Source: Candidatus Omnitrophota bacterium
GTDB lineage: Bacteria > Omnitrophota > Gorgyraeia > Gygaellales > Gygaellaceae
Assembly (NCBI GenBank): GCA_018400015.1
Contig: JAGYNB010000004.1
Span: 7,186 to 71,185 of the forward strand
Reading direction: 5' to 3'
DNA: 64,000 nt
Part shown: positions 19,877 to 28,806 of the stretch, one piece after another
Layout: every line of letters begins with the position of its first letter
Numbering within the stretch: position 1 is the stretch's first letter
Notes under the pieces: model-generated
The model's input: only the letters and a program-made list of their open reading frames with translations
What the model was told of the DNA's origin: nothing
The model's database searches: none
Made by a program: the position numbers and the translations under genes

Positions 19877-19905
19877 TTGCCTTAAATATAAAAAATGTGT
19901 ATAAT
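19877..19905 (+). promoter_or_regulatory. Candidate sigma70 promoter for the tRNA pair (-35 TTGCCT, 17 nt, -10 TATAAT)
   Basis: Hexamers at 19877-19882 and 19900-19905, about 30 nt upstream of the first tRNA. Confidence 0.4.
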
Positions 19906-19938
19906 TTAGTCTTTAGTAAGGGTTTTATAAATATTTTT

Positions 19939-20011
19939 GGGCCCATAGCTCAGTGGTTAGAGCAGGTGACTCATAATCACTTGGTCCGGGGTTCAAATCC
20001 CTGTGGGCCCA
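19939..20011 (+). tRNA. tRNA with a CAU anticodon, most similar to tRNA-Ile2 (lysidine-modified); CCA not encoded
   Basis: Clean cloverleaf. The D-arm and anticodon arm (GCTCAGTGGTTAGAGCAGG.GACTCATAATC.CTTGGTC) closely resemble the E. coli tRNA-Ile2 gene ileX. tilS is present in this window. Confidence 0.7.
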
Positions 20012-20017
20012 ATTAAA

Positions 20018-20094
20018 GGGCGTATAGCTCAGTTGGTTAGAGCGCGTGCCTCACATGCACGAGGTCATTGGTTCAACTCCAATTACGCCCACCA
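20018..20094 (+). tRNA. tRNA-Val (anticodon CAC), CCA encoded
   Basis: Cloverleaf with anticodon loop CTCACAT and a 3' ACCA. Confidence 0.8.
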
Positions 20095-20115
20095 TTTATG
20101 ACAAGATAAACAAAT

Positions 20116-20841
20116 ATGCCTACATCAATAAAAGAACAGTTAAAAAAACTTATAAATCTGCAAGAATTTGACTTAAAAATTTATAATTTAAAAGCGGAAA
20201 AAAAACAAATTCCTATTTTGATTAAACAGCTCGATGATGAATTTGAAAAGAAAAAAGACAATTTAAAACGAATAGAGGATTTAATTAAGGAGAATTTAAA
20301 AAAAAGGAAAGAAAAAGAAATTGAACTAGGCACAAAAGAAGAAGCAGTAAAGAAGCAGCACATTCAACTGTATACCTTGAAAAAAAATGAGGAATACAAA
20401 GCGATGTTAAAAGAGATTGAAGGCTCAAAAGCTGATTCTTCCGTTTTAGAGGATGAGATTATAAAATCTATGGATGAGTTGGATTTGCTGAATAAAGAAA
20501 AGGAAAAAGAATCAGAGGTTTTAAAAGAACGTGAGAATAATTTAAAACAAGAAAAAAACAAGATTGATTCTCGAGGTAAACAGATTGAAATAGAATTAAA
20601 TGATTTAGAATTTAAGCGTTCCCAGATAGCTAAAGATGTTGATAAAAGCATTCTTGTAAAATACGAAAAGATTTTAAAAAATAAAGATGGTCTTGCTATA
20701 GTTCCTGTTCGTAATAATTCATGTTTGGGTTGTTTTATGAATGTTACAGCGCAAGTTATAAATGAAATAAAGATGTCAGAAAGGATTGTCCATTGTGAGA
20801 TGTGCGCTAGAATTCTTTATTTAGAGGATGAAACCTCTTAA
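20116..20841 (+). CDS. COG1579-type coiled-coil protein with a C-terminal C4 zinc ribbon
   Basis: A long coiled coil, then CLGC...HCEMC. Sits in the conserved position upstream of an RNase H gene. Confidence 0.6.
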   Translation: MPTSIKEQLKKLINLQEFDLKIYNLKAEKKQIPILIKQLDDEFEKKKDNLKRIEDLIKENLKKRKEKEIELGTKEEAVKKQHIQLYTLKKNEEYKAMLKEIEGSKADSSVLEDEIIKSMDELDLLNKEKEKESEVLKERENNLKQEKNKIDSRGKQIEIELNDLEFKRSQIAKDVDKSILVKYEKILKNKDGLAIVPVRNNSCLGCFMNVTAQVINEIKMSERIVHCEMCARILYLEDETS

Positions 20842-21250
20842 TATGAAAGTGCTGGATATTTATATTGATGGTGCTTCCAAGGGTAATCCCGGTCCGGCTG
20901 CAGTAGGAGTGGTGATTTGTTGCAAAGGTCAAGTCATAAAAAATATTTCAGATTATATAGGTGAGGCAACAAACAATATTGCTGAATATAAAGCTTTGAT
21001 ATACGCTTTAGAGGAAGCTTTGATTTTAAAGGCTGACATTTTAAACATACGCACCGACAGCGAGTTGTTATTTAAGCAAATTAACGGTGATTATAAAGTT
21101 AAAAACGAGAATATAAAAGTTCTTTATGATAGAGCCAAACATTTAATAAGTGCATTTAAAGAGTTTTCTATTTCGCATATAAGTAGAAATCTTAATAAAG
21201 GTGCTGACAAATTGGCTAATTTGGTATTTAAGAAGAAGAAAAAGGCTTAG
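20828..21250 (+). CDS. Ribonuclease HI family protein
   Basis: DGASKGNPGPAAVGVV with the catalytic E and D of the RNase H fold. Confidence 0.7.
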   Translation: MKPLNMKVLDIYIDGASKGNPGPAAVGVVICCKGQVIKNISDYIGEATNNIAEYKALIYALEEALILKADILNIRTDSELLFKQINGDYKVKNENIKVLYDRAKHLISAFKEFSISHISRNLNKGADKLANLVFKKKKKA

Positions 21251-21583
21251 GTGATGCTCGTTATCTTTATGATAACGGGAGGAAAGTCCGAGCTCCAAAG
21301 GGAAGCGTAATGGCTTAATAGCCATCCTTCGTTAACCGAAGCGGATACTCTTTATAAGAGCCCCGTTTTATACGGGTGAGAGCCACAGAGACGAGTAATT
21401 TGCTTTAAGCAAATGACGTGAAACGCGGTAATCTCTACGCGGAGCAAGGCCAAGTAGAAGGAGAGAATTGTCCCGATTCGTTATAATCCTTGGGTTGGCC
21501 GCTTGAGTCTGATGGAAACGTCAGATCTTAGATAAATATCACCGCTCAGAAATGAGTTTACAGAACTCGGCTTACAAAGCCTA
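21242..21583 (+). ncRNA. rnpB: RNase P RNA (bacterial RnpB, compact)
   Basis: P4 5' strand GGAGGAAAGTCCGAGCTCC, P4 3' strand ACAGAACTCGGCTTA with a compensatory change (CCGAG/CTCGG against E. coli CCGGG/CCCGG), GGAGCAAGGCCAAGTAG, and a P1 helix AGGCTT/AAGCCT at the two ends. Confidence 0.85.
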
Positions 21584-21617
21584 TTTTTAAAACAAGTAAA
21601 AAGAACAGGAGTAAGTT

Positions 21618-22373
21618 ATGTCAGGACATTCAAAGTGGGCGACGACCAAACATAAAAAAGCCGCTGCCGACGCAAAAAGAGGCGCTATGTTTACAAAATT
21701 AATAAAAGAAATCGTTGCTGCTTCCAGAAGCGGTGGCAGTAATCCGGATATGAATCCATCATTAAGGGTTGCTATGAACAGGGCAAAAGTTAATAATATG
21801 CCTAAAGATAGGATTGAAGAGGCGATTAAAAGAGGAACCGGTGAGTTGCCAGGAGTTTCATATGAGGATTGTATTTATGAAGGTTATGCTTCAGGCGGCG
21901 TTGCGCTTTTGGTACAGACCTTGACCGATAATAAAAACCGTACTTCCGCTGAAATAAGAAATCTTTTAGGTAAAAAAGGCGGCAATATGGCTGGTGCTGG
22001 TGCTGTTGCCTGGCTTTTTAATAAAAAAGGATATATAGTTGTTGAAAGAAGCAAGATTTCAGAAGATGAATTATTGAATATCGTTTTAGAAGCCGGAGCC
22101 GAAGATTTAAAGACTGAAGATGATACAAATTATGAAATTTATACTAAGCCGGAAGATTTCGAAAATGTAAAAAAAGCTTTAGATGATAAGGGTATTGAAA
22201 CAAGCGTTGCAGAAGTAACAATGATACCTTCTACTTACGTTAAGGTAACCGGCAATGATGCAAGAAACGTTTTAGCTTTAGTTCAGTCTTTAGAAGAGCA
22301 TGACGATGTGCAGAATGTTTACGCTAATTTTGATATTCCCGATGATATTATCGAAGAAGTAACCGGAGAATAG
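21618..22373 (+). CDS. yebC: YebC/PmpR family DNA-binding regulator
   Basis: MSGHSKWATTKHKKAAADAKRG. Confidence 0.9.
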   Translation: MSGHSKWATTKHKKAAADAKRGAMFTKLIKEIVAASRSGGSNPDMNPSLRVAMNRAKVNNMPKDRIEEAIKRGTGELPGVSYEDCIYEGYASGGVALLVQTLTDNKNRTSAEIRNLLGKKGGNMAGAGAVAWLFNKKGYIVVERSKISEDELLNIVLEAGAEDLKTEDDTNYEIYTKPEDFENVKKALDDKGIETSVAEVTMIPSTYVKVTGNDARNVLALVQSLEEHDDVQNVYANFDIPDDIIEEVTGE

Positions 22374-22374
22374 G

Positions 22375-22857
22375 ATGCTTATTCTTGGTATTGACCCGGG
22401 TCTTAGGATCACCGGATACGGGTTGATAAGAAAAAGCAATAAGAATCTAGAGTTAATAGAAGCGGGTACAATAAAAACCAATGAAAAGCATTCATTGGGA
22501 GAGCGCTTAAAAAGGGTCTACGAAGATCTTGAAGAAATTTTTCAGCAACACAAAATAGATGTTGTAGTTTTGGAAAAGCTCTTTGCTCATGCAAAACACC
22601 CTATTACCGCTTATATTTTAGGGCATGTAAGAGGAGTAGCGGTTTTGCTTTGTGAGGAAAAAAAAGTTGAATTAATAGAATACTTGCCAACTAGGGTAAA
22701 AAAGGCAGTTGTTGGCAATGGTCATGCTTCGAAAGAACAAGTGCAGCAGATGGTTTTTACCAGGCTTGGTTTAAAAAGCAAGTTTTTAGATTATGATATA
22801 ACCGATGCTTTAGCTTTAGCGATGACCTACTGTTTTACAAAAGAAAATAAAATATGA
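22375..22857 (+). CDS. ruvC: Holliday junction resolvase RuvC
   Basis: ILGIDPGLRITGYG plus the catalytic acidic residues. Confidence 0.9.
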   Translation: MLILGIDPGLRITGYGLIRKSNKNLELIEAGTIKTNEKHSLGERLKRVYEDLEEIFQQHKIDVVVLEKLFAHAKHPITAYILGHVRGVAVLLCEEKKVELIEYLPTRVKKAVVGNGHASKEQVQQMVFTRLGLKSKFLDYDITDALALAMTYCFTKENKI

Positions 22858-23477
22858 TCTCAAGAATTTATGGTAAATTAAAAGATAGAAAAGCGAATTG
22901 TGTTATTTTAGATGACGGTAAAGGTATTTGTTATGAAATATTCATGCCTTCTATAATTCTTGAGCAAATAAGCAAAGATAAGCAAGTTGGCGCAGCTGTT
23001 GAAATAATAATATATTATTATCTGCAGACAGATGGGAATATTTCAAGGCCGATACTTATTGGTTTCTTAAATGATGTGGAAAAAGATTTCTTCGAGCAGT
23101 TTATAACTGTTTCTGGTATTGGCCCTCGTGCTGCAATTAAAGCGCTTAATCAGCCGATTTCATTGATTGCTAAGGCTATTGATGAGTCTGATATTGTTTT
23201 TTTAACGAATTTGCCTGGTATTGGTCAACAGAGAGCAAAACAGATAATCGCAAAGCTCCAGGGGAAAATCGGTAAATTTGGTTTGATACAGGATGAAGAT
23301 GTTAGATTTTCTGAAACCGAAAGAGATATCTCTAATGAAGCCTTGATGGTTTTGTTGCAGCTGCAGTATAAAAAGATCGAAGCAGAAGATATGATAAAAA
23401 AAGCAATTTCTCATAATAGAGATATAAAGACAACAGAAAGTTTATTAAACGAAATATATAAACAAAAAAGACCATGA
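22854..23477 (+). CDS. ruvA: Holliday junction branch-migration protein RuvA
   Basis: OB domain, two HhH motifs (GIGPRAA, GIGQQRAKQI) and a C-terminal domain. Confidence 0.85.
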   Translation: MISRIYGKLKDRKANCVILDDGKGICYEIFMPSIILEQISKDKQVGAAVEIIIYYYLQTDGNISRPILIGFLNDVEKDFFEQFITVSGIGPRAAIKALNQPISLIAKAIDESDIVFLTNLPGIGQQRAKQIIAKLQGKIGKFGLIQDEDVRFSETERDISNEALMVLLQLQYKKIEAEDMIKKAISHNRDIKTTESLLNEIYKQKRP

Positions 23478-24160
23478 TGAATACTCCTATAAAAAGCATA
23501 ATCGAGGCTTTATTGTTTGTTAACGAACAACCCGTAACTTTAGAACAGATTAAAAGTCTTTTTGATGAAGCAGATATAAAGGTAATTCGTGATGTTCTTT
23601 TGCAGCTGCAATCTGAATATAATCAGGGAAATAGAGGTATTAGAATAATCGAAATTGCCGGCGGTTTTCAAATGGTTACTTATTCTGAATGCGTACACTT
23701 CTTAAAAAAGTTTTATAGTAAAAAGCAGTTAAGTAGGCTTTCAACTCCCGCATTGGAGACTTTGGCGATTATCGCTTATAAGCAGCCAATAAGCCGCCAG
23801 GAGATTGAATTGATTCGCGGCGTTAATGTTGATGGGGTAGTTACTAGTCTTACCGAACGCGGGCTTATTAGAATTACAGGTAGGCGTGAAAGTTTGGGCA
23901 GGCCTTTTGTGTACGGGACCACTAAGAAATTTTTAGAGTATTTCGGATTAAAAAGTTTATCTGATTTACCGAAAATAGAGGATTTTTCAAAAATGGTTCC
24001 TCGTGATGAAGTAGATGTTTCTGAAGGTTCTTCCGAGGAATCATCAGGTGGTAATTCTGCTAATAATGATTCTAAAACCCAAGACTCTTTAGCATCAGAT
24101 ATTGATCTTGATGGAAAGGAGAAAATCGATAACTATGAAGAAACTAAAGAAGAAGCTTAA
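23474..24160 (+). CDS. scpB: Segregation and condensation protein ScpB
   Basis: Tandem winged-helix domains (IEALLFVNEQPV, ETLAIIAYKQPISRQEIE) and an acidic C-terminal tail. Confidence 0.8.
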   Translation: MMNTPIKSIIEALLFVNEQPVTLEQIKSLFDEADIKVIRDVLLQLQSEYNQGNRGIRIIEIAGGFQMVTYSECVHFLKKFYSKKQLSRLSTPALETLAIIAYKQPISRQEIELIRGVNVDGVVTSLTERGLIRITGRRESLGRPFVYGTTKKFLEYFGLKSLSDLPKIEDFSKMVPRDEVDVSEGSSEESSGGNSANNDSKTQDSLASDIDLDGKEKIDNYEETKEEA

Positions 24161-25211
24161 ATCACTGCGCGGGCATATAGATCTACTTGATAAAAAAATC
24201 GTTTCGCTTTTGAATGAACGCACCAAAGAATCTTTAAGGATCGGTCTATATAAAAAAAATGAAGGTAATAGAAGTTATTCTCCGGATAGAGAGCAAGACG
24301 TGATTAAAAAAATAAAAAGCGTCAATAAGGGGCCTTTAACTCAAGATTCACTTGAGGCGATCTATCGAGAGATTATGTCAGGAAGCCTTTCTTTGAATAG
24401 AGATATAAAGGTTGCTTATTTGGGCCCAAAAGCTACCTTTACTCACCAGGCTGCCATAAAAAGATTTGGTTCACAGGTAGAATTTGTTTCGAGTGAGACG
24501 ATTAAAGATGTATTCTCAGAAGTTGAGCGGGATAATTGCAGTTATGGTGTTATTCCGATTGAGAATTCTACAGAAGGGGCAGTTAGTCATACGTTGGATA
24601 TGTTTGTTGATTCAGACTTAAAAATATGTTCTCAAGTACAGTTAAGTATTTCTCATAATCTGCTGTCAAAGACAGCTTTGAAGAATATAAAAAGAGTGTA
24701 TTCCAACCCTTATGTTTTTGGTCAATGTAGAAGATGGCTGGATAACAATTTAGTTAAAGTTGAGTATATCGATGTTTCAAGTACTACTCGTGCTGCTGAC
24801 ATTGCTTCTCGTGAAAGTAAAAGCGCATGCATTGCTTCGATATTGGCGGCAAAAGAATATAATCTGAAAGTGTTGGCTGAGGATATTGAAGATAGTCCGC
24901 ATAACTATACAAGGTTCTTGATTGTTGGTAAACAAAGCGTACCTGCAACCGGGAAAGATAAGACATCGGTTTTATTTTCAATAAAAGACAGGACTGGCGC
25001 GTTACATGATATGCTGGTACCTTTTAAAAAATACAAAATAAACCTTACAAAGATAGAGTCTCGTCCTTCTAAAAAAAGGGCTTGGGATTACTATTTCTTT
25101 GTTGATTTTAAAGGACATATTCAGGAAAATAAGATCAAGAAGGCTTTGGAAGAATTGGAGGCAAGATGTAAATTTTTAAAGATTCTTGGTTCTTATCCTG
25201 ATCAGACTTAA
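24135..25211 (+). CDS. pheA: Bifunctional chorismate mutase / prephenate dehydratase (P-protein) with ACT domain
   Basis: Chorismate-mutase helix (LRGHIDLLDKKIVSLLNER), a PDT domain and a C-terminal ACT domain. I chose the internal Met at 24135. Confidence 0.85.
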   Translation: MKKLKKKLKSLRGHIDLLDKKIVSLLNERTKESLRIGLYKKNEGNRSYSPDREQDVIKKIKSVNKGPLTQDSLEAIYREIMSGSLSLNRDIKVAYLGPKATFTHQAAIKRFGSQVEFVSSETIKDVFSEVERDNCSYGVIPIENSTEGAVSHTLDMFVDSDLKICSQVQLSISHNLLSKTALKNIKRVYSNPYVFGQCRRWLDNNLVKVEYIDVSSTTRAADIASRESKSACIASILAAKEYNLKVLAEDIEDSPHNYTRFLIVGKQSVPATGKDKTSVLFSIKDRTGALHDMLVPFKKYKINLTKIESRPSKKRAWDYYFFVDFKGHIQENKIKKALEELEARCKFLKILGSYPDQT

Positions 25212-25212
25212 G

Positions 25213-26301
25213 ATGAATATAGTTAAGAAAAACGTAATAAATCTAAAACCCTATATCCCGGGTAAGCCAATAGAAGAGACAAAAAGAGAGTTTTCTCTAT
25301 CTCGTGTATACAAGCTTGCTTCGAATGAAAATTCTTTAGGTTGTTCTCCTTTGGCACAAAAGGCAATGAAGGAATCTATTTCTAGCATTAATAGGTATCC
25401 TGATGGGGCCTGTTTTTATATTAAAAGAGCTTTAAGCAAAAAATTCAGAATTAAATCCGATAGAATTCTCTTGGGCAACGGTTCTGATGAACTGATAGAC
25501 GTGATTATAAAAACTTTCGTAAAAAAAGGCGAGAGCGTAATTAGCGCTGATTGTACTTTTTTAGAGTATGAAATAATTTCTAAAGTAAATGATGTTAGGT
25601 TTATAAAAGTACCGCTTAAAGGTTTTAAGTATGATTTAGAAGCAATAAAGAAAAAAATTAATTCTAAAACAAAGTTGATTTTTATTGCTAATCCGAATAA
25701 TCCTACTGGTACATATGTTAACGGTCAAGAAGTTAACAGGTTTCTCAAAAGCATCTCTAAAGAAATTGTAGTCGTTTTCGATGAAGCCTATATTGAATAT
25801 GTTGATAAAAAAGATTTTCCTGACTTGTTAAAAAACTTTCAAAGTAATGTTATCGTTCTTAGGACATTTTCAAAAGCGTATGGATTGGCAGGTTTGAGGA
25901 TTGGATATGCAATCGCAGATGAGGTTTTAATTGGTTATATGAATAGAGTCAGACAGCCTTTTAATGTAAATACGCTTGCTCAATCGGCAGCTGTAGCGGC
26001 TTTGAAAGACAATGTTTTTATTCGTAAGTCCCGGGAATTAGTTTTAAAGCAAAAAAAATTTCTTTACAAGCAGTTTGATAAGTTAGGTATTGAATATATA
26101 CCCACGGTTGCAAATTTTATTTTATTTAGGTTAGGTATGGATTGTTTGGTTTTTGCTAGAAAAATGCTAAAAAAAGGTGTTATTGTAAGGGATATGAAGC
26201 AGTACGAGTTAGATAATTATGTGAGAGTGACAATTGGTAAAGAAAAAGAAAATATGACTTTTATAAAAGAATTTGTTCGTATCATTGAGGAGGATATATG
26301 A
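25213..26301 (+). CDS. hisC: Histidinol-phosphate / aromatic aminotransferase (HisC family, PLP class II)
   Basis: LASNEN, the PLP lysine in the FSKAYGLAG context. Lies between pheA and the DAHP synthase gene, so an aromatic aminotransferase role is likely. Confidence 0.8.
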   Translation: MNIVKKNVINLKPYIPGKPIEETKREFSLSRVYKLASNENSLGCSPLAQKAMKESISSINRYPDGACFYIKRALSKKFRIKSDRILLGNGSDELIDVIIKTFVKKGESVISADCTFLEYEIISKVNDVRFIKVPLKGFKYDLEAIKKKINSKTKLIFIANPNNPTGTYVNGQEVNRFLKSISKEIVVVFDEAYIEYVDKKDFPDLLKNFQSNVIVLRTFSKAYGLAGLRIGYAIADEVLIGYMNRVRQPFNVNTLAQSAAVAALKDNVFIRKSRELVLKQKKFLYKQFDKLGIEYIPTVANFILFRLGMDCLVFARKMLKKGVIVRDMKQYELDNYVRVTIGKEKENMTFIKEFVRIIEEDI

Positions 26302-27314
26302 TAATAGTTTTCAAGCCCGACACAAGTCAGGACCAAATAGATCATGTTATAGAGCGCGTTGAAAAACTGGGTTTAAAACCTATGGTTTCAAAAGGAACGG
26401 AAAGAACGATTGTTGGAGTAATTGGTCCGGAAGATATCTTGCGCGTTACTCCTTTAGACGTTTTCCCGGGAGTAGAAAAAGTAATGGAAGTTCTTGCTCC
26501 TTACAAGCTAGTATCAAGGGAATTTAAAAAAGAAGATTCCATAGTAAAGATTAACGATAAAATAAGTTTTGGAGGTAAAAAGGTTGTTGTTATTGCCGGT
26601 CCTTGTGCTATAGAAGATATAAATACTTTAAGGGAGATTGCTAAAGCTATTAAGGCTTGTGGAGTGAATGTTCTTCGTGCCGGTGCTTTTAAGCCCAGGA
26701 CTTCTCCTTACAGCTTCCAGGGGCATGGTAAAAATGGACTAGAGATGTTAAAAAGCGTAGCTGATGAGTTGAATATGGCAACAATTACAGAAGTAATGGA
26801 TCCAAGGGATGTAGACCTTGTGGCTGGTTTTTCCGACATTTTACAGATTGGTGCCAGGAATATGCAGAATTTTAATTTGCTTAAGGAAGTTGGACAAACA
26901 AAAAAGCCAGTTTTATTAAAAAGAGGTCTGTCTTCTACGATTAAGGAATTACTGATGTCAGCTGAATATATCCTTTCTGAAGGAAACTTTAACGTAATTC
27001 TCTGTGAACGTGGAATTCGTACATTCGAGACATCTACGAGAAATACGTTAGATATTACAAGCGTTCCTGTGATAAAGAAATTATCTCATTTGCCGATTAT
27101 AGTTGATCCCAGCCATGCCACAGGTAAGTGGAATTTAGTTGGTCCGGCAGCAAAAGCCTCAGTGGCTATAGGCGCAGACGGGTTATTGATAGAGGTCCAT
27201 CCAAGACCAGAAGAAGCTCTATCCGATGGAAGTCAATCTTTGATACCGGAAAAGTTTAAAGTAGTAATTGAGGATTTGAGAAAAATTGCTAAATCAGTAA
27301 ACAGAGAAATATAA
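26298..27314 (+). CDS. 3-deoxy-7-phosphoheptulonate (DAHP) synthase, type I-beta with an N-terminal regulatory domain
   Basis: A ferredoxin-like N-terminus plus a KDO8PS-like core ([19 protein letters not shown]). Confidence 0.8.
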   Translation: MIIVFKPDTSQDQIDHVIERVEKLGLKPMVSKGTERTIVGVIGPEDILRVTPLDVFPGVEKVMEVLAPYKLVSREFKKEDSIVKINDKISFGGKKVVVIAGPCAIEDINTLREIAKAIKACGVNVLRAGAFKPRTSPYSFQGHGKNGLEMLKSVADELNMATITEVMDPRDVDLVAGFSDILQIGARNMQNFNLLKEVGQTKKPVLLKRGLSSTIKELLMSAEYILSEGNFNVILCERGIRTFETSTRNTLDITSVPVIKKLSHLPIIVDPSHATGKWNLVGPAAKASVAIGADGLLIEVHPRPEEALSDGSQSLIPEKFKVVIEDLRKIAKSVNREI

Positions 27315-28141
27315 TGAAGCTTTTTAATAAAGTTGTAATTATTGGTGTTGGTTTAATTGGCGGTTCTTTGGGTCTGGCGATAAAGAAAAAAAGATTAGCC
27401 AATAAAGTCATTGGCGTTTTTAGAAGTAAAGATACTTTTTTAAAAGCTAAAAAAAGAAAAGCAGTTGATGAGGGTAGTTTTGATTTATCTTGTGTAAAGG
27501 ATGCTGATTTGGTTGTTCTTGCCGGTCCGGTAAAGACGATTACCGCACATATTAAATTAATCGCTAATTTGGTGAATAGGAATTGCATTATCATTGATGT
27601 GGGGAGCACAAAGTCTAATATTTTAAAATCCGCGCAAAAATATATCAAGAATGATAATATTTTTGTTGGTTGTCATCCTTTGGCAGGTTTGGAAAAAAGA
27701 GGCGTTGTAAATGCAGATAGCGGTTTATTTGAAGATTCAATTTGCATTGTTTGTTCTAAAAATAAGCCAAATAGTAAAATCATTAGTTTCTGGAAACATA
27801 TTGGCTGTAGAGTTATCACAATGGATGCTAAAAGACACGATAGGATTCTCGCTTTGACTAGTCATGTGCCGCATGTTTTGGCGTTTGCTTTGGTGAATAG
27901 TGTGCCAAAAGATTTTGTTCAGTTTATTGGTAGTGGATTTAAGGATACTACACGTATCGCAGCCTCCGATGTTGAGGTGTGGAATGATATCTTGCTCGAT
28001 AATAAAAATCTGGTTTTAGATTCTCTCCGTAATTTCGGTAATCAACTTGATAGATTAGCTAAGGCAATAAAGAAAAATAATACATCCTCATTGGCAAAAT
28101 TAATTAAAAAAGCAAAAACAAAAAGGGTTAGTTTTAAATGA
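27314..28141 (+). CDS. tyrA: Prephenate dehydrogenase TyrA
   Basis: IIGVGLIGGSLG Rossmann motif, a PDH domain and a conserved His. Confidence 0.75.
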   Translation: MKLFNKVVIIGVGLIGGSLGLAIKKKRLANKVIGVFRSKDTFLKAKKRKAVDEGSFDLSCVKDADLVVLAGPVKTITAHIKLIANLVNRNCIIIDVGSTKSNILKSAQKYIKNDNIFVGCHPLAGLEKRGVVNADSGLFEDSICIVCSKNKPNSKIISFWKHIGCRVITMDAKRHDRILALTSHVPHVLAFALVNSVPKDFVQFIGSGFKDTTRIAASDVEVWNDILLDNKNLVLDSLRNFGNQLDRLAKAIKKNNTSSLAKLIKKAKTKRVSFK

Positions 28142-28806
28142 TAATTGCTATTGATGGGCCTGCTGGTTCCGGCAAAAGTACGGTGGCAAGGCTTTTGGCA
28201 AAAAGGCTAAAGTTTTTATATATTGATACTGGAGCGATGTATAGAGCCGTGACTTTCGCTGTATTGGAATCAAAAATCGAGATAGATGATGTACAGGCCA
28301 TTATAAAACTTGCCTATGAATCGAAGATAGAGCTGATGAATCAAGAGGATGACTCAATCGAAGTTTTTTTAAATAATAAAGATGTGAGTAGCCAAATCCG
28401 TCAGCCGCAGATTACAGCTATTGTTTCAGAGATTTCACGTATTCAGGGAGTAAGGGATGCGATGTTAAAGCTTCAGCGTGAATTAGGGAAAAGCAATAAT
28501 TCTGTTTTGGAAGGAAGGGACATTGGAACAGTTGTATTTCCTGATGCGGAAATGAAATTTTTCCTCGATGCTGATTTCAAAGAAAGAGTTAACCGTAGAT
28601 TTAAAGAGAATGGCCAAAAAAATATCAAGACCAGTTTTTATGATGTTGAAACAGATCTTGCTAATCGAGATAGGATAGATTCCACTCGGGAAATAGCGCC
28701 TTTAAAAAAAGCCGTTGATGCAGTTTTTGTTGATACCACGTATTTGTCTATCGAACAGGTCGTAGATAATCTTTATAATTTGGTTAAAGAAAAATTTAAT
28801 GGATAA
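28138..28806 (+). CDS. cmk: Cytidylate kinase
   Basis: IAIDGPAGSGKST P-loop. Confidence 0.9.
   Translation: MIIAIDGPAGSGKSTVARLLAKRLKFLYIDTGAMYRAVTFAVLESKIEIDDVQAIIKLAYESKIELMNQEDDSIEVFLNNKDVSSQIRQPQITAIVSEISRIQGVRDAMLKLQRELGKSNNSVLEGRDIGTVVFPDAEMKFFLDADFKERVNRRFKENGQKNIKTSFYDVETDLANRDRIDSTREIAPLKKAVDAVFVDTTYLSIEQVVDNLYNLVKEKFNG

Noticed and set aside
22375-24160. ruvC-ruvA followed by scpB instead of ruvB.
   Set aside because: ruvB is probably encoded elsewhere. Variation in gene order is common, so this is not evidence of a novel system.
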